Source of the DNA: Patescibacteria group bacterium | Lineage (GTDB): Bacteria > Patescibacteriota > Minisyncoccia > RBG-13-40-8-A | Assembly (NCBI GenBank): GCA_043807255.1 | Contig: JAZDGD010000007.1 | Span: 17,069-81,068, forward strand | Direction: 5' to 3' | Length of the DNA: 64,000 nucleotides | Shown: one piece after another, positions 37,475-46,384 of the stretch | Layout: each line of letters opens with the position of its first letter | How positions within the stretch are numbered: position 1 is the first letter of the stretch | The notes under the pieces: generated by a model | Seen by the model: the letters and a program-made list of their open reading frames with translations, nothing else | Told to the model about the DNA's origin: nothing | Databases searched by the model: none | Program-made: the position numbers and the translations under genes

Positions 37475-39607
37475 ATGGATGTGAAAACATTTAAAACAGA
37501 GATCGAAGGAAAAGAACTCTCTGTCGAGTTGGGTAGATTGGCTCAACAAACCAATGGCTCGGCCTTGGTAACGTATGGACAAACCACAGTTTTAGCAACT
37601 GCGGTTCTTTCCAATAAAAAAAGCGAAAAAACCTATTTTCCCCTAACCGTTGATTACGAAGAAAAATTTTACGCAGCGGGAAAAATCAAGGGCAGTCGTT
37701 TCATTAAAAGGGAAGGAAGGCCATCAGATGAAGCGATTTTAACTGGCCGAGTTATTGATAGATCAATCCGACCTCTTTTTAATCAAAAACTAAGAAACGA
37801 TTTACAGGTCGTTTTAACCGTCTTATCATTCGACGGTGAAAATGATCCAGTACTACCAGCGCTAATTGGCGCTTCGGTTGCCCTGTCTATTTCTGACATA
37901 CCATTTAATGGACCAATTGCAGGAATTTCTGCTGGTCAAGATGAAAAAGGAGAATGGATTGTTACTTCAACCTTAAGCGCAAAAGCAAAAACTGGTTCAG
38001 AAATTTTTGCAGCCGGAATCGAAAAAGACAACGATATTCTTTTAAATATGCTTGAAGGACAAGGAATACAGGTTCCAGAAGAGCAAATGCTTGAAGGAAT
38101 CGATGTTGTGAGAAAATATATTAAAAAATTAATTGATTTTCAAAAGGATATCATTAAAGAGGTTAAACCAGTCAAATTAGAATTAACAATCCCAGAAATT
38201 GATGCTGATCTTAAAAAATTAATCGATAAATTTCTTGAAGATAAAATAGAAACAGCAATTTATCATAAAGAAAAACAAGCCAGAGTAAAGCAATTAGAAG
38301 ATATTAATTTGGGAATTGAGGTCTTGATCGAAGAAAAATATCCCGAAGAAACAAAGGGAAAAACCGCAATGGTTATGGATTATCTTGAAGAAAAAATTGA
38401 TGAAATCACTCACATCAACATTCTTAAAAACGACAAGAGACCGGATGGTAGAAAAATGGACGAATTAAGAAAATTAAGCGCCGAAGTAGCAATTCTTCCT
38501 AGATTACACGGTTCGGGATTGTTCCAAAGAGGAGAAACACAAGTATTCTCTGCTGTTACTCTTGGCTCTCCTGGCTCGGAACAAATTTTTGACCAAATGG
38601 AGATTCAAGGCAAAAAAGGATTTATGCATGACTACAACTTTCCCCCATTCTCTGTGGGAGAGGTCGGACGAGTCGGAAATCCTGGCAGACGGGACATTGG
38701 CCATGGTGCATTAGCGGAAAAAGCGTTAATGGCGATTGTCCCTTCAAGAGAAGAATTTCCTTATACGATTAGAGTTGTATCTGAAGTCCTGTCTTCAAAT
38801 GGATCGTCTTCAATGGCATCTGTTTGCGGTTCGACATTAGCATTAATGGATGCCGGTGTTCCAATTAAAGAAAAGGCAGCTGGTATTGCCATGGGGTTAA
38901 TGATGGACCCTTCGACGGGCTCAGGGCAAGCTTTAAAATATAAAGTTTTAACCGATATTCAGGGACCAGAAGATCATTATGGCGACATGGACCTGAAGAT
39001 TGCTGGAACAAAAAATGGAATTAACGCACTTCAAATGGATATTAAAATTGACGGGATACCAATGAATATCTTGAAGGATGCATTTCAACAATCAAAAAGG
39101 GCACGTCTAGAAATTCTTGATGTAATCACAAAAACGATCGACGTACCTCGTGCAGAATTATCAACTTTTGCTCCTCGCGTTTATTCGATAAAAATCAATC
39201 CTGCCAAAATAGGATTAGTGATTGGTTCTGGCGGAAAAACAATTAATGAACTTTCCACAGAAACCGGAGCGACCATTGAAATCGAAGAAGATGGAACAAT
39301 CTTTGTTACCTGCAATGATGCTGATGGCGCAAAGCGAGCAATCAACAGGATTGAATCAATGACCAGGGAAGCAAAAGTAGATGAAGAATTTGAAGGAACG
39401 GTTGTTAAGGTTATGGAGTTCGGCGCATTTGTAGAATTGTTTCCCGGACAAGATGGATTGCTCCACATTTCCGAACTTTCGAACAAAAGAGTTGATAGGG
39501 TTGAAGACATAGTTAGACAAGGCGATATTGTTCATGTTAAAGTTAAGAAAGTGGACGATAGTGGTAAAATTAGTCTTGGTTTAATAAAAATTATTTCAAA
39601 AAAATAA
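37475..39607 (+). CDS. pnp: Polyribonucleotide nucleotidyltransferase
   Basis: FPLTVDYEEK, RPDGR, HGSGLFQRGETQ, SNGSSSMAS, KH and S1 domains; ATG 37475 preferred over 37433. Confidence 0.97.
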   Translation: MDVKTFKTEIEGKELSVELGRLAQQTNGSALVTYGQTTVLATAVLSNKKSEKTYFPLTVDYEEKFYAAGKIKGSRFIKREGRPSDEAILTGRVIDRSIRPLFNQKLRNDLQVVLTVLSFDGENDPVLPALIGASVALSISDIPFNGPIAGISAGQDEKGEWIVTSTLSAKAKTGSEIFAAGIEKDNDILLNMLEGQGIQVPEEQMLEGIDVVRKYIKKLIDFQKDIIKEVKPVKLELTIPEIDADLKKLIDKFLEDKIETAIYHKEKQARVKQLEDINLGIEVLIEEKYPEETKGKTAMVMDYLEEKIDEITHINILKNDKRPDGRKMDELRKLSAEVAILPRLHGSGLFQRGETQVFSAVTLGSPGSEQIFDQMEIQGKKGFMHDYNFPPFSVGEVGRVGNPGRRDIGHGALAEKALMAIVPSREEFPYTIRVVSEVLSSNGSSSMASVCGSTLALMDAGVPIKEKAAGIAMGLMMDPSTGSGQALKYKVLTDIQGPEDHYGDMDLKIAGTKNGINALQMDIKIDGIPMNILKDAFQQSKRARLEILDVITKTIDVPRAELSTFAPRVYSIKINPAKIGLVIGSGGKTINELSTETGATIEIEEDGTIFVTCNDADGAKRAINRIESMTREAKVDEEFEGTVVKVMEFGAFVELFPGQDGLLHISELSNKRVDRVEDIVRQGDIVHVKVKKVDDSGKISLGLIKIISKK
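38908..38930. repeat. Family B mini-element in frame within pnp
   Basis: CCCTTCGACGGGCTCAGGGCAAG encodes PSTGSGQA between AMGLMM and YKVLTDI. Confidence 0.8.
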
Positions 39608-39611
39608 TAAT

Positions 39612-40775
39612 ATGGCACAACAAAATAACGATCCAATTAATTCCTTGCCCGAATACGAAGTAAGGACGATGCAAGACGACTTAAATAAGATAGAAGGAAA
39701 AACGGTAGAACCAAAATTGGTGAACCTAAAAGTACCCGAAATACAGGTTCCAAAACCAATTATCAAAAAAGAAGAAAAGATACCTGAACCGCCAAAAGAA
39801 TTACCAATAATTGAAGAAGCCAAAGAAACACTGAAAACACCCCTATCGGAAGAAATCGACAATATTCTTAATGCATCGAAACTCAAATCCGAGACCAAGC
39901 CAGAAATTAAAATACCAGAGACCAAAAAATCCTCATTGCCAGATATCGAGGATTTTATTGTACCCGTACCCCCGCCTGCGCCCACGCCAACAGCCACCCC
40001 CATTCCTCCACCAATAAAGCCAATCACAAAAAAAACAATTAAACCAATCACACAAGAAAGCAATGAAATAGAAACAACGATTAAGGCACACAAGACAAAA
40101 AAAATATTAATCATTTTAGGGATAATTGTTATCATTGTCATCGTCATCAATCTGATAGGATACTTGATAATTTCAAAAATAAAAAAACAAGAACCAAATC
40201 CTTTGCCAATTGATAATCAGCCAGAAATTTCTATGTCATTAATTAGGGTTGATGAAACAAAAATTTTTAAAATAGAAAACAACTCTTCTTTGATTGATAT
40301 GTTAATTAATGAAGAAAATTCTGGCCAACCAGAAAAAACTCTAAAAAGAATTGTGCCTACAAAAATTAGTGGCAACGCTCTTTCATTAAATGAATTGACC
40401 CAAGAATTACGGATTTATATTCCCCCATACACGCTTGCGGAACTAAAAAATAATTATACACTTGTTACATATAAACAAGGCGAACAGCAAAGGATTGGAT
40501 TGATCGTAGAAATAAACAATTTAGAAGGATTTATTGAGAAATCGAAATCGTGGGAAAAAACAATGCCCTGGAATTTCCAAGGCATATTCTTAAACCATCA
40601 ACCAAACAATTTAACTACAAATGGCTTTTCTGATAATAAATATAACGAAACAAACATCCGCATTGTCGATCTCTCTGTCCCAGAATTGTCCCTTGACTAC
40701 GCGATCAAAAATAATCTATTTTTAATGTCTACGAGCAGAGAATCAATATACAACATTATCGATAGATTAAAATAA
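39612..40775 (+). CDS. Membrane-anchored hypothetical protein with Pro/Glu-rich N-terminus
   Basis: VRTMQDD start motif, low-complexity region, single TM segment. Confidence 0.75.
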   Translation: MAQQNNDPINSLPEYEVRTMQDDLNKIEGKTVEPKLVNLKVPEIQVPKPIIKKEEKIPEPPKELPIIEEAKETLKTPLSEEIDNILNASKLKSETKPEIKIPETKKSSLPDIEDFIVPVPPPAPTPTATPIPPPIKPITKKTIKPITQESNEIETTIKAHKTKKILIILGIIVIIVIVINLIGYLIISKIKKQEPNPLPIDNQPEISMSLIRVDETKIFKIENNSSLIDMLINEENSGQPEKTLKRIVPTKISGNALSLNELTQELRIYIPPYTLAELKNNYTLVTYKQGEQQRIGLIVEINNLEGFIEKSKSWEKTMPWNFQGIFLNHQPNNLTTNGFSDNKYNETNIRIVDLSVPELSLDYAIKNNLFLMSTSRESIYNIIDRLK

Positions 40776-40971
40776 GGAAGTGGTTTACCGCGAGCGAAGC
40801 ACCTTTGGTGCTGAGTCGAGTGGGGATAACTTGTTTAAAACATAATTTTAGGAAAACAAAACTCATCGATGTCAAGGGCGAAAATACTATATTTTAGCTC
40901 TAAAAACACAAGATTGTCTCAAAACCTTGATATTGACGAAATCATTAAAACTTATCCACAACCAGAATAAC

Positions 40972-42507
40972 ATGAATAAAGTTTATTCAGCTGCAACAAC
41001 GGGATTAGACGCCGAACTCATTGAGGTGGAGGCAGATTTATCTTCTGGCCTCCGCTTTTTTAGTATCGTTGGCCTTCCCGACAAATCAGTTGAAGAGTCC
41101 AAGGAAAGAATTGCTGCGGCCATAAAAAATAGTGGAGCCGAACCTCCGCATAAACAAAATAAACGCGTAATTATCAACTTGGCACCTGCCGATTTAAGAA
41201 AAGAGGGTTCGGGATATGACCTACCAATTGCTTTAAGTTTTTTATTGTCATCCCAACAAATAGAATTTGATGCTGAAGACAAAATTTTTGTTGGCGAGCT
41301 TGCCTTAAATGGCGAAGTAAGGAGAGTTAATGGGGTTTTACCAATTTGTTTGGCAGCAAAAGAAAAAGGAATTAAAAATGTTTTTGTCCCAAAGTCAAAC
41401 AGCAATGAAGCACGATTAGTGAAAGATATTAACGTCTATCCTGTTGAATCTTTGGCGGAATTAATCGGATTTTTAGAAAATAGAATTGAAATCAAAGCGT
41501 TAGAACCATTTGATGAAAATTTCTTGGAAGGATTTGAAACTGCATTTCCATCAACAGTAGATATGGCATACATTAAGGGCCAGGAAAACGCTAAACGAGC
41601 ATTAGAAATTGCAGCTAGCGGAAATCATAATATCATTATGACCGGCCCACCTGGGTCTGGAAAAACTTTATTGGCCAAAGCAATTCCCACTATTCTACCG
41701 AGAATGGCATGGAGTGAGGTTTTAGAGGTGACTAAAATTTATAGTGTTTCGGGAAAATTATCCCATAAAAAACCATTCATCCACCAAAGACCATTTCGCT
41801 CTCCCCACCATAGCGCGTCAGAAGCAAGTATGATTGGAGGCGGGGGATTTGCAAGACCAGGAGAAATAACTTTAGCACATCGGGGAGTTCTATTTATTGA
41901 TGAATTTCCAGAAATACATCGTGATGTCTTGGAAAGTTTAAGGCAACCGCTTGAAGATGGAGTTGTGCATATTTCTAGGGCAAAGGCGAGTTATAGTTTT
42001 CCTTCAAGATTTATTTTGGTCGCGGCGATGAACCCCTGTCCTTGCGGATATTATGGCGACCCAGAGAAACAATGCACCTGCAATCAACAACAAATCGGCA
42101 AATATCAGCGCAGAATTTCTGGACCAATTATGGATAGAATTGATTTATATGTTGAAGTGCCACACGTTAAATATGGAAAATTAACCGATGAATCGGTTGA
42201 GGGTTCGAGCGAAGAAATTCGAGAAAAGGTGGAAAAGGCAAGGAAAATTCAATTGGAAAGATTTAAAGATGATAATATTGTTACTAATTCAGAAATGAAC
42301 ATCCCTTTAGTTAAAAAGCATTGCCAGACCGATGAGCAAGGCGAAATGTTATTAAAAAATGCAGTAAATAATCTGCATATGTCTGCGCGTGGATATCATC
42401 GCATTCTTAAGCTCGCCCGCACAATCGCCGATCTCGCCGACATGCCCAATATCACCCACATCCACATCGCCGAAGCATTGCAATATAGACCAAAGATGGA
42501 AATATAG
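40972..42507 (+). CDS. comM: YifB/ComM Mg-chelatase-like AAA+ ATPase
   Basis: VGLPD, NLAPAD.RKEG, GPPGSGKT, PFRSPHH, LAHRGVLFIDE, MNPCPCG, HIAEALQYR. Confidence 0.95.
   Translation: MNKVYSAATTGLDAELIEVEADLSSGLRFFSIVGLPDKSVEESKERIAAAIKNSGAEPPHKQNKRVIINLAPADLRKEGSGYDLPIALSFLLSSQQIEFDAEDKIFVGELALNGEVRRVNGVLPICLAAKEKGIKNVFVPKSNSNEARLVKDINVYPVESLAELIGFLENRIEIKALEPFDENFLEGFETAFPSTVDMAYIKGQENAKRALEIAASGNHNIIMTGPPGSGKTLLAKAIPTILPRMAWSEVLEVTKIYSVSGKLSHKKPFIHQRPFRSPHHSASEASMIGGGGFARPGEITLAHRGVLFIDEFPEIHRDVLESLRQPLEDGVVHISRAKASYSFPSRFILVAAMNPCPCGYYGDPEKQCTCNQQQIGKYQRRISGPIMDRIDLYVEVPHVKYGKLTDESVEGSSEEIREKVEKARKIQLERFKDDNIVTNSEMNIPLVKKHCQTDEQGEMLLKNAVNNLHMSARGYHRILKLARTIADLADMPNITHIHIAEALQYRPKMEI
42460..42500 (+). 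repeat. attL/attR-like direct repeat, copy 1 (comM 3' end)
   Basis: 39/41 identical to 43207-43247. Confidence 0.85.
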
Positions 42508-42556
42508 TTATCCACAGTATTAACTATTGACAAACATATCTTATATGATATATACT
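42508..42556 (+). promoter_or_regulatory. DnaA box and TA promoter with an inverted-repeat operator
   Basis: TTATCCACA 42508-16; TTGACA 42527-32; ATATC-N6-GATAT 42536-51; TATACT 42551-56. Confidence 0.65.
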
Positions 42557-42922
42557 GATTCTAATGAATATAAAGTAAAATTTTTCGTTGATCCCAAAAC
42601 AGGAAAAGATCCAGTTATGAAATACATTAATGATTTAGACGAAAAACAGAAAGCAAAAGTTTCTAGATTTATCGAATTTTTAAGACAACACGAAGGCGTA
42701 TTAGATGAGCCATACTCAAAACACATTAAAGGCAAAATTCGCGAATTAAGGATTGATTTTGGCAAAAATAGACACAGAATCTTCTATTTTACGTTCATCA
42801 ACAAGAACATCATATTGCTCCACGCATTTTTAAAGCATACGCAAAAAACTCCTGAAACTGAGATAAAAATCGCTGAAAATAATTATAATATTGTAATTAA
42901 TAATCCAAAATTTTATGAATAA
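42527..42922 (+). CDS. RelE/ParE (Gp49/HigB-like) toxin; true start uncertain
   Basis: PYSKHI.GKIRELR...HRIFYF...ILLHAF.K.TQKTP..EI..A signature. Confidence 0.88.
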   Translation: MTNISYMIYTDSNEYKVKFFVDPKTGKDPVMKYINDLDEKQKAKVSRFIEFLRQHEGVLDEPYSKHIKGKIRELRIDFGKNRHRIFYFTFINKNIILLHAFLKHTQKTPETEIKIAENNYNIVINNPKFYE

Positions 42923-43205
42923 AAAAATAAAAGCAAGAGATTTTCAAAAATACCTTGCTCAACAATTAAAAAATCCCGAATTCAAGAGACACTACGATGA
43001 TTACGGCAAACAATTAGAAATTGCTTACCAGATTTTGAAGTTGCGAAAACAGAGAAATATGTCCCAGTTACAATTAGCCAGAAAGATTAAAACCAAGCAA
43101 AGCAATATCGCCCGAATCGAAGCTGGCAAACAAAATCTTAGCATTCAAACCCTCGACAGCATCGCCCGCGCATTAAACAGCAATTTTACAGTCAACTTTT
43201 CGTAA
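42915..43205 (+). CDS. XRE-family HTH antitoxin (HigA-like)
   Basis: MSQ.QLA....TKQSNIARIE.G..N motif; follows the toxin gene. Confidence 0.88.
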   Translation: MNKKIKARDFQKYLAQQLKNPEFKRHYDDYGKQLEIAYQILKLRKQRNMSQLQLARKIKTKQSNIARIEAGKQNLSIQTLDSIARALNSNFTVNFS

Positions 43206-43206
43206 A

Positions 43207-43247
43207 ATCCACATCGCCGAAGCGTTGCAATATAGACCGAAGATGGA
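43207..43247 (+). repeat. attL/attR-like direct repeat, copy 2 (displaced comM 3' end)
   Basis: Reads IHIAEALQYRPKMEV*; both mismatches to copy 1 are synonymous. Confidence 0.85.
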
Positions 43248-43317
43248 GGTATGATAAAATTTTCAATTTTCAATTTCTAATTTACAATGAATTTTTAATG
43301 ATTAAATTTTCAAACCC

Positions 43318-43455
43318 ATGACCAAGAAAATAAAAGCAAGAGATTTCCAAAAATATCTTGCCGAACAATTAAAAAATCCTGAATTTAAGAAACATTACGA
43401 TAAATTCGGCAAAAAATTAAGGCAGAATTATAAAAAAAGCGAAATACATGATTAA
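43318..43455 (+). CDS. 45-aa truncated paralogue of the antitoxin (N-terminal part only)
   Basis: MTKKIKARDFQKYLAEQLKNPEFKKHYDKFGKKL.. versus antitoxin MNKKIKARDFQKYLAQQLKNPEFKRHYDDYGKQL; too short for the ORF track. Confidence 0.65.
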   Translation: MTKKIKARDFQKYLAEQLKNPEFKKHYDKFGKKLRQNYKKSEIHD

Positions 43456-43900
43456 AACATGGCCATTGGGATACAAAGAAGCTAGGCGTAGGGCTAAAAA
43501 GATTTATTCTAAGATAGGAAGGATACAATGCCCTTGTTTAGATAACGAATACATATCATTTAATAGAGACGGATTTGATCATTTAGTATACAAGGGTCGT
43601 ATTTCTAGAACAAAAAATGAACAGAAAAAACGATTTGTCCTAATAGAATATGCTGAGCAAATAATTAAACAATCTACATCTTATAGTTACGAGGAAAGGG
43701 AGATGGAACGTAAAATATTAAATAAATATCGACAGAGGATTCTTGTTAAGTCTAAAGCACGATTCTGGACTTTTTCTCTGTCAATAAAGGGTTGCGAAGT
43801 AAAGCTCGTTGTAATACAAATCGGCGAAGGATTCAAAAGATTTTGTAGCATCATGGGAGATAAAGTAAAAATAAGTCGCGGAAAAACAAAAACCCCCTAA
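43448..43900 (+). CDS. Basic hypothetical protein, possible RelE/PBECR-fold ribonuclease
   Basis: F...GF.HL..K.R and C-terminal K.VV......F.SIM pattern, judged by eye. Confidence 0.5.
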   Translation: MIKTWPLGYKEARRRAKKIYSKIGRIQCPCLDNEYISFNRDGFDHLVYKGRISRTKNEQKKRFVLIEYAEQIIKQSTSYSYEEREMERKILNKYRQRILVKSKARFWTFSLSIKGCEVKLVVIQIGEGFKRFCSIMGDKVKISRGKTKTP

Positions 43901-43974
43901 AATAAGAGGGGTTTTGGTGTGCCTGCCATCAGCTTTGATGCCGATTGGAGTCTAAACGACTCCGCAAGCACACT
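43888..43974 (-). ncRNA. Candidate structured small RNA convergent with ORF 43448-43900
   Basis: Minus-strand TTGACA(44006-44001)-17-TATGAT; 10-bp closing stem with two inner hairpins, then terminator. Confidence 0.55.
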
Positions 43975-44133
43975 ATAATCATAGTTTATGAAAAATATCG
44001 TGTCAAGCCCTTGTACTGGATCTGAAATTTCAGTCTTTAAATTAAATCTTAACCATTTGACTCTTAGGGCAAAACACTTGCTGATTCTAATTTTTAGGAT
44101 TATGATCTGGGCATAAGAATTAAATATAAATTT

Positions 44134-44508
44134 ATGTGGAACATTATTCGCTACATCTTGGAAGTTGCTCTGGGATTTTCAGCTATTTATTTCTATATAG
44201 AAAACAGAAGGCTCAAAGGATTTGAAATTGAAAGAGATATTGATCTTAAAGAAATAGAACTTGATGAATTAAATCGTCAATATTTAAAGGAAACAGGAGA
44301 CGAAATAAATCGTCTCGAAAAAGGACTCGGGGGACATTGGGGAATATCAATGGATGGTGCTGTAGATATCGGGTTAAAGAATAAATACGATATAAAAATT
44401 AAAAAAGTGAATGCCGAAAAAGAATACTTATATAAACTCCGGGATTACAGATGGATTTTTAGTAGACCCAAAAAACAACAAATAAATCTATGGAAAGTAA
44501 AAAAATAA
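44134..44508 (+). CDS. Hypothetical protein with N-terminal TM segment
   Basis: 124-aa ORF. Confidence 0.6.
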   Translation: MWNIIRYILEVALGFSAIYFYIENRRLKGFEIERDIDLKEIELDELNRQYLKETGDEINRLEKGLGGHWGISMDGAVDIGLKNKYDIKIKKVNAEKEYLYKLRDYRWIFSRPKKQQINLWKVKK

Positions 44509-44512
44509 ATTT

Positions 44513-44905
44513 ATGACACTTGAAGAAGCGGATAAAATTTTTAAAGTTTGGAAAGAATATGTTTACCCAATAGATTGGTTCTTGAGTTCCGCTTTTTTCT
44601 GTAGTTCTATCCCAGAATCGTTCTTGCCATACCCAATAGATGTTCTCTGGGAAGCATTAGATATTGTTGCTAAACATTATTGGGACATGGGAGATCGTAA
44701 ATATAGCAAAATCGTACAGGAGGCAACGGGTTTATTGGGAGGTTATCAAAAAGATGATGAAGCAATCGATGATATGATAGAAAAATACAAAAGCCGTCTT
44801 ACTAAGCCCGAATGGAGAGAAATTTATATCAAAAGCATCAAAGCAAGTGTAAAGAATTGGATGGATTGGATAGAAAGAGGCAAACAACCACTAGGAGAAA
44901 AATAA
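44513..44905 (+). CDS. Hypothetical protein
   Basis: 130-aa ORF in operon-like spacing. Confidence 0.65.
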   Translation: MTLEEADKIFKVWKEYVYPIDWFLSSAFFCSSIPESFLPYPIDVLWEALDIVAKHYWDMGDRKYSKIVQEATGLLGGYQKDDEAIDDMIEKYKSRLTKPEWREIYIKSIKASVKNWMDWIERGKQPLGEK

Positions 44906-44913
44906 ATAAATCC

Positions 44914-45486
44914 ATGGAGCCAGAAAAAAAATTTAAAGAAGAACTGATTAAAGATCTGAATCTTCTTAATTCGAATTGGATTGATGGAGACGAAGAGAGT
45001 GGCTCGAAGAAGAAAGCCGATATAGTAAATCACTCGTTAAAAATAGCCATAGAGATTAAAGATGATACAAATTACAGGATAGCATTTGCGACGGAACCAG
45101 GAGTAATGACTGGACAAGGCATCGACATGGAAAAAATGAATCAAAGATTTAGCGACCACATAAAGTCGGCAGATAATAAGTTCAAAGAATATTCCGACTA
45201 CAAAACAATTCTTATTTTAAGAACGGAGTTTCTCTTAGAAAAAATCATTGGATATGCCATAGAGGGCTGCCACTCATATTTGCTACAAGATAGAAAATTA
45301 ATATATGCGGGCAGAAGAAAAAAATACTCCAAATATTGTGGACGTGAAATAGGTTGCTTTCTCATATTTATCAATAGAGAAAAATATTATCTTTCAAATA
45401 ACCTGGCAAAAGACAATAGAATTGTTCTGAAAAATGACGCGGAGAGTATTTTGGGACTTGCCCTCAATGACGTGCCAGCGATCTAG
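44914..45486 (+). CDS. Hypothetical protein, PD-(D/E)XK-like nuclease motif
   Basis: KKADIV......AIEIK; ATG 44914 preferred. Confidence 0.55.
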   Translation: MEPEKKFKEELIKDLNLLNSNWIDGDEESGSKKKADIVNHSLKIAIEIKDDTNYRIAFATEPGVMTGQGIDMEKMNQRFSDHIKSADNKFKEYSDYKTILILRTEFLLEKIIGYAIEGCHSYLLQDRKLIYAGRRKKYSKYCGREIGCFLIFINREKYYLSNNLAKDNRIVLKNDAESILGLALNDVPAI

Positions 45487-45517
45487 ATAGAAATTTAATG
45501 GAAATATAAAGGACCAC

Positions 45518-45784
45518 TTATCGAGTGGCCCTTTTGAGTTTAACGCAGGGGAAGTAGAATTCGTATCCGGACAACATACGTTCTCCGGTTTTTTCGTTGG
45601 TACAAATGTCTTCCAATAAGCACAAGGCGCAGGCAATAAATCCTTCTCCGACGAATTTACTGTCTCCGTATTTTACAAATATAACCTCCTTACCCACAAA
45701 ACATTCTCTTGCTTCGAAATGAAATGCTCCCCCTCCCAGTTCGACAATTTCGCATTTGTCCCCAGGATTAAAAATTTTTTGCAT
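45518..45784 (-). CDS. Small hypothetical protein
   Basis: AAGGAGG RBS before ATG 45784. Confidence 0.6.
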   Translation of the reverse strand: MQKIFNPGDKCEIVELGGGAFHFEARECFVGKEVIFVKYGDSKFVGEGFIACALCLLEDICTNEKTGERMLSGYEFYFPCVKLKRATR

Positions 45785-45828
45785 GTGCGCCTCCTTCATT
45801 TCAATATAGCATACGATAATAGACACGC

Positions 45829-45901
45829 ATAGATGTACGGAGAACTGTTCTCCGTACATCTATAATTAAATTAAAAATGTGGCGGGACAGGGTCCCGCCA
45901 C
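45829..45901. repeat. Two perfect palindromes
   Basis: ATAGATGTACGGAGAAC-T-GTTCTCCGTACATCTAT (45829-63) and GTGGCGGGAC-AGG-GTCCCGCCAC (45879-901). Confidence 0.8.
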
Positions 45902-45917
45902 GATCACTTTCTGCCCT

Positions 45918-46283
45918 TTATTGGGGCATTTTCTCGAAATGGTATGCGCAATAACCGTTACCGCGATCTATCTCGCAGAACCTCCAGCCATAATCGAAAA
46001 TGATATCGAGTTCTTTTGCTCCCAGCACACGATGGTCGTAGATGGCGTAATGTCTTCCAATTTCCATCTTTTTCTGGGTCTCGTTCCACCAAGCTTCGTC
46101 ACTGATTTCCTCGACTTCTTCCAGATTCGTTTCTGCTTGCAATTCTTCTTCTGAAGTCGCGCCGGAAACAGCAGGCACGGATGTCTTTAAATGCCTTCTG
46201 ATTCGGCGCATTGCCGTCATGACAACCAACAAAACAAAAAAACCAAAAACAAGGACCATCCACCCAAATGTGCTCATCTTCAT
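45918..46283 (-). CDS. Small membrane-anchored hypothetical protein
   Basis: AGGAGG RBS and N-terminal TM segment. Confidence 0.6.
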   Translation of the reverse strand: MKMSTFGWMVLVFGFFVLLVVMTAMRRIRRHLKTSVPAVSGATSEEELQAETNLEEVEEISDEAWWNETQKKMEIGRHYAIYDHRVLGAKELDIIFDYGWRFCEIDRGNGYCAYHFEKMPQ

Positions 46284-46384
46284 CCTCCTAGTGTACATAT
46301 TTGCAGATTGATTCCGCAAATAACAATATATCATATGGCTAGTTTTTTGTCAATTAAAAAATCCCCTGCAGTTGCGGGGGATTT

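Noticed and set aside
39596-40150. 184-aa minus-strand ORF and similar short shadow ORFs throughout
   Set aside because: Antisense or alternative-frame shadows of well-supported genes
30355-42516. oriC from DnaA boxes
   Set aside because: Boxes are isolated and spread over 12 kb with no cluster and no dnaA/dnaN nearby
42527-46334. Prophage
   Set aside because: No integrase, terminase or structural genes; better described as an accessory islet
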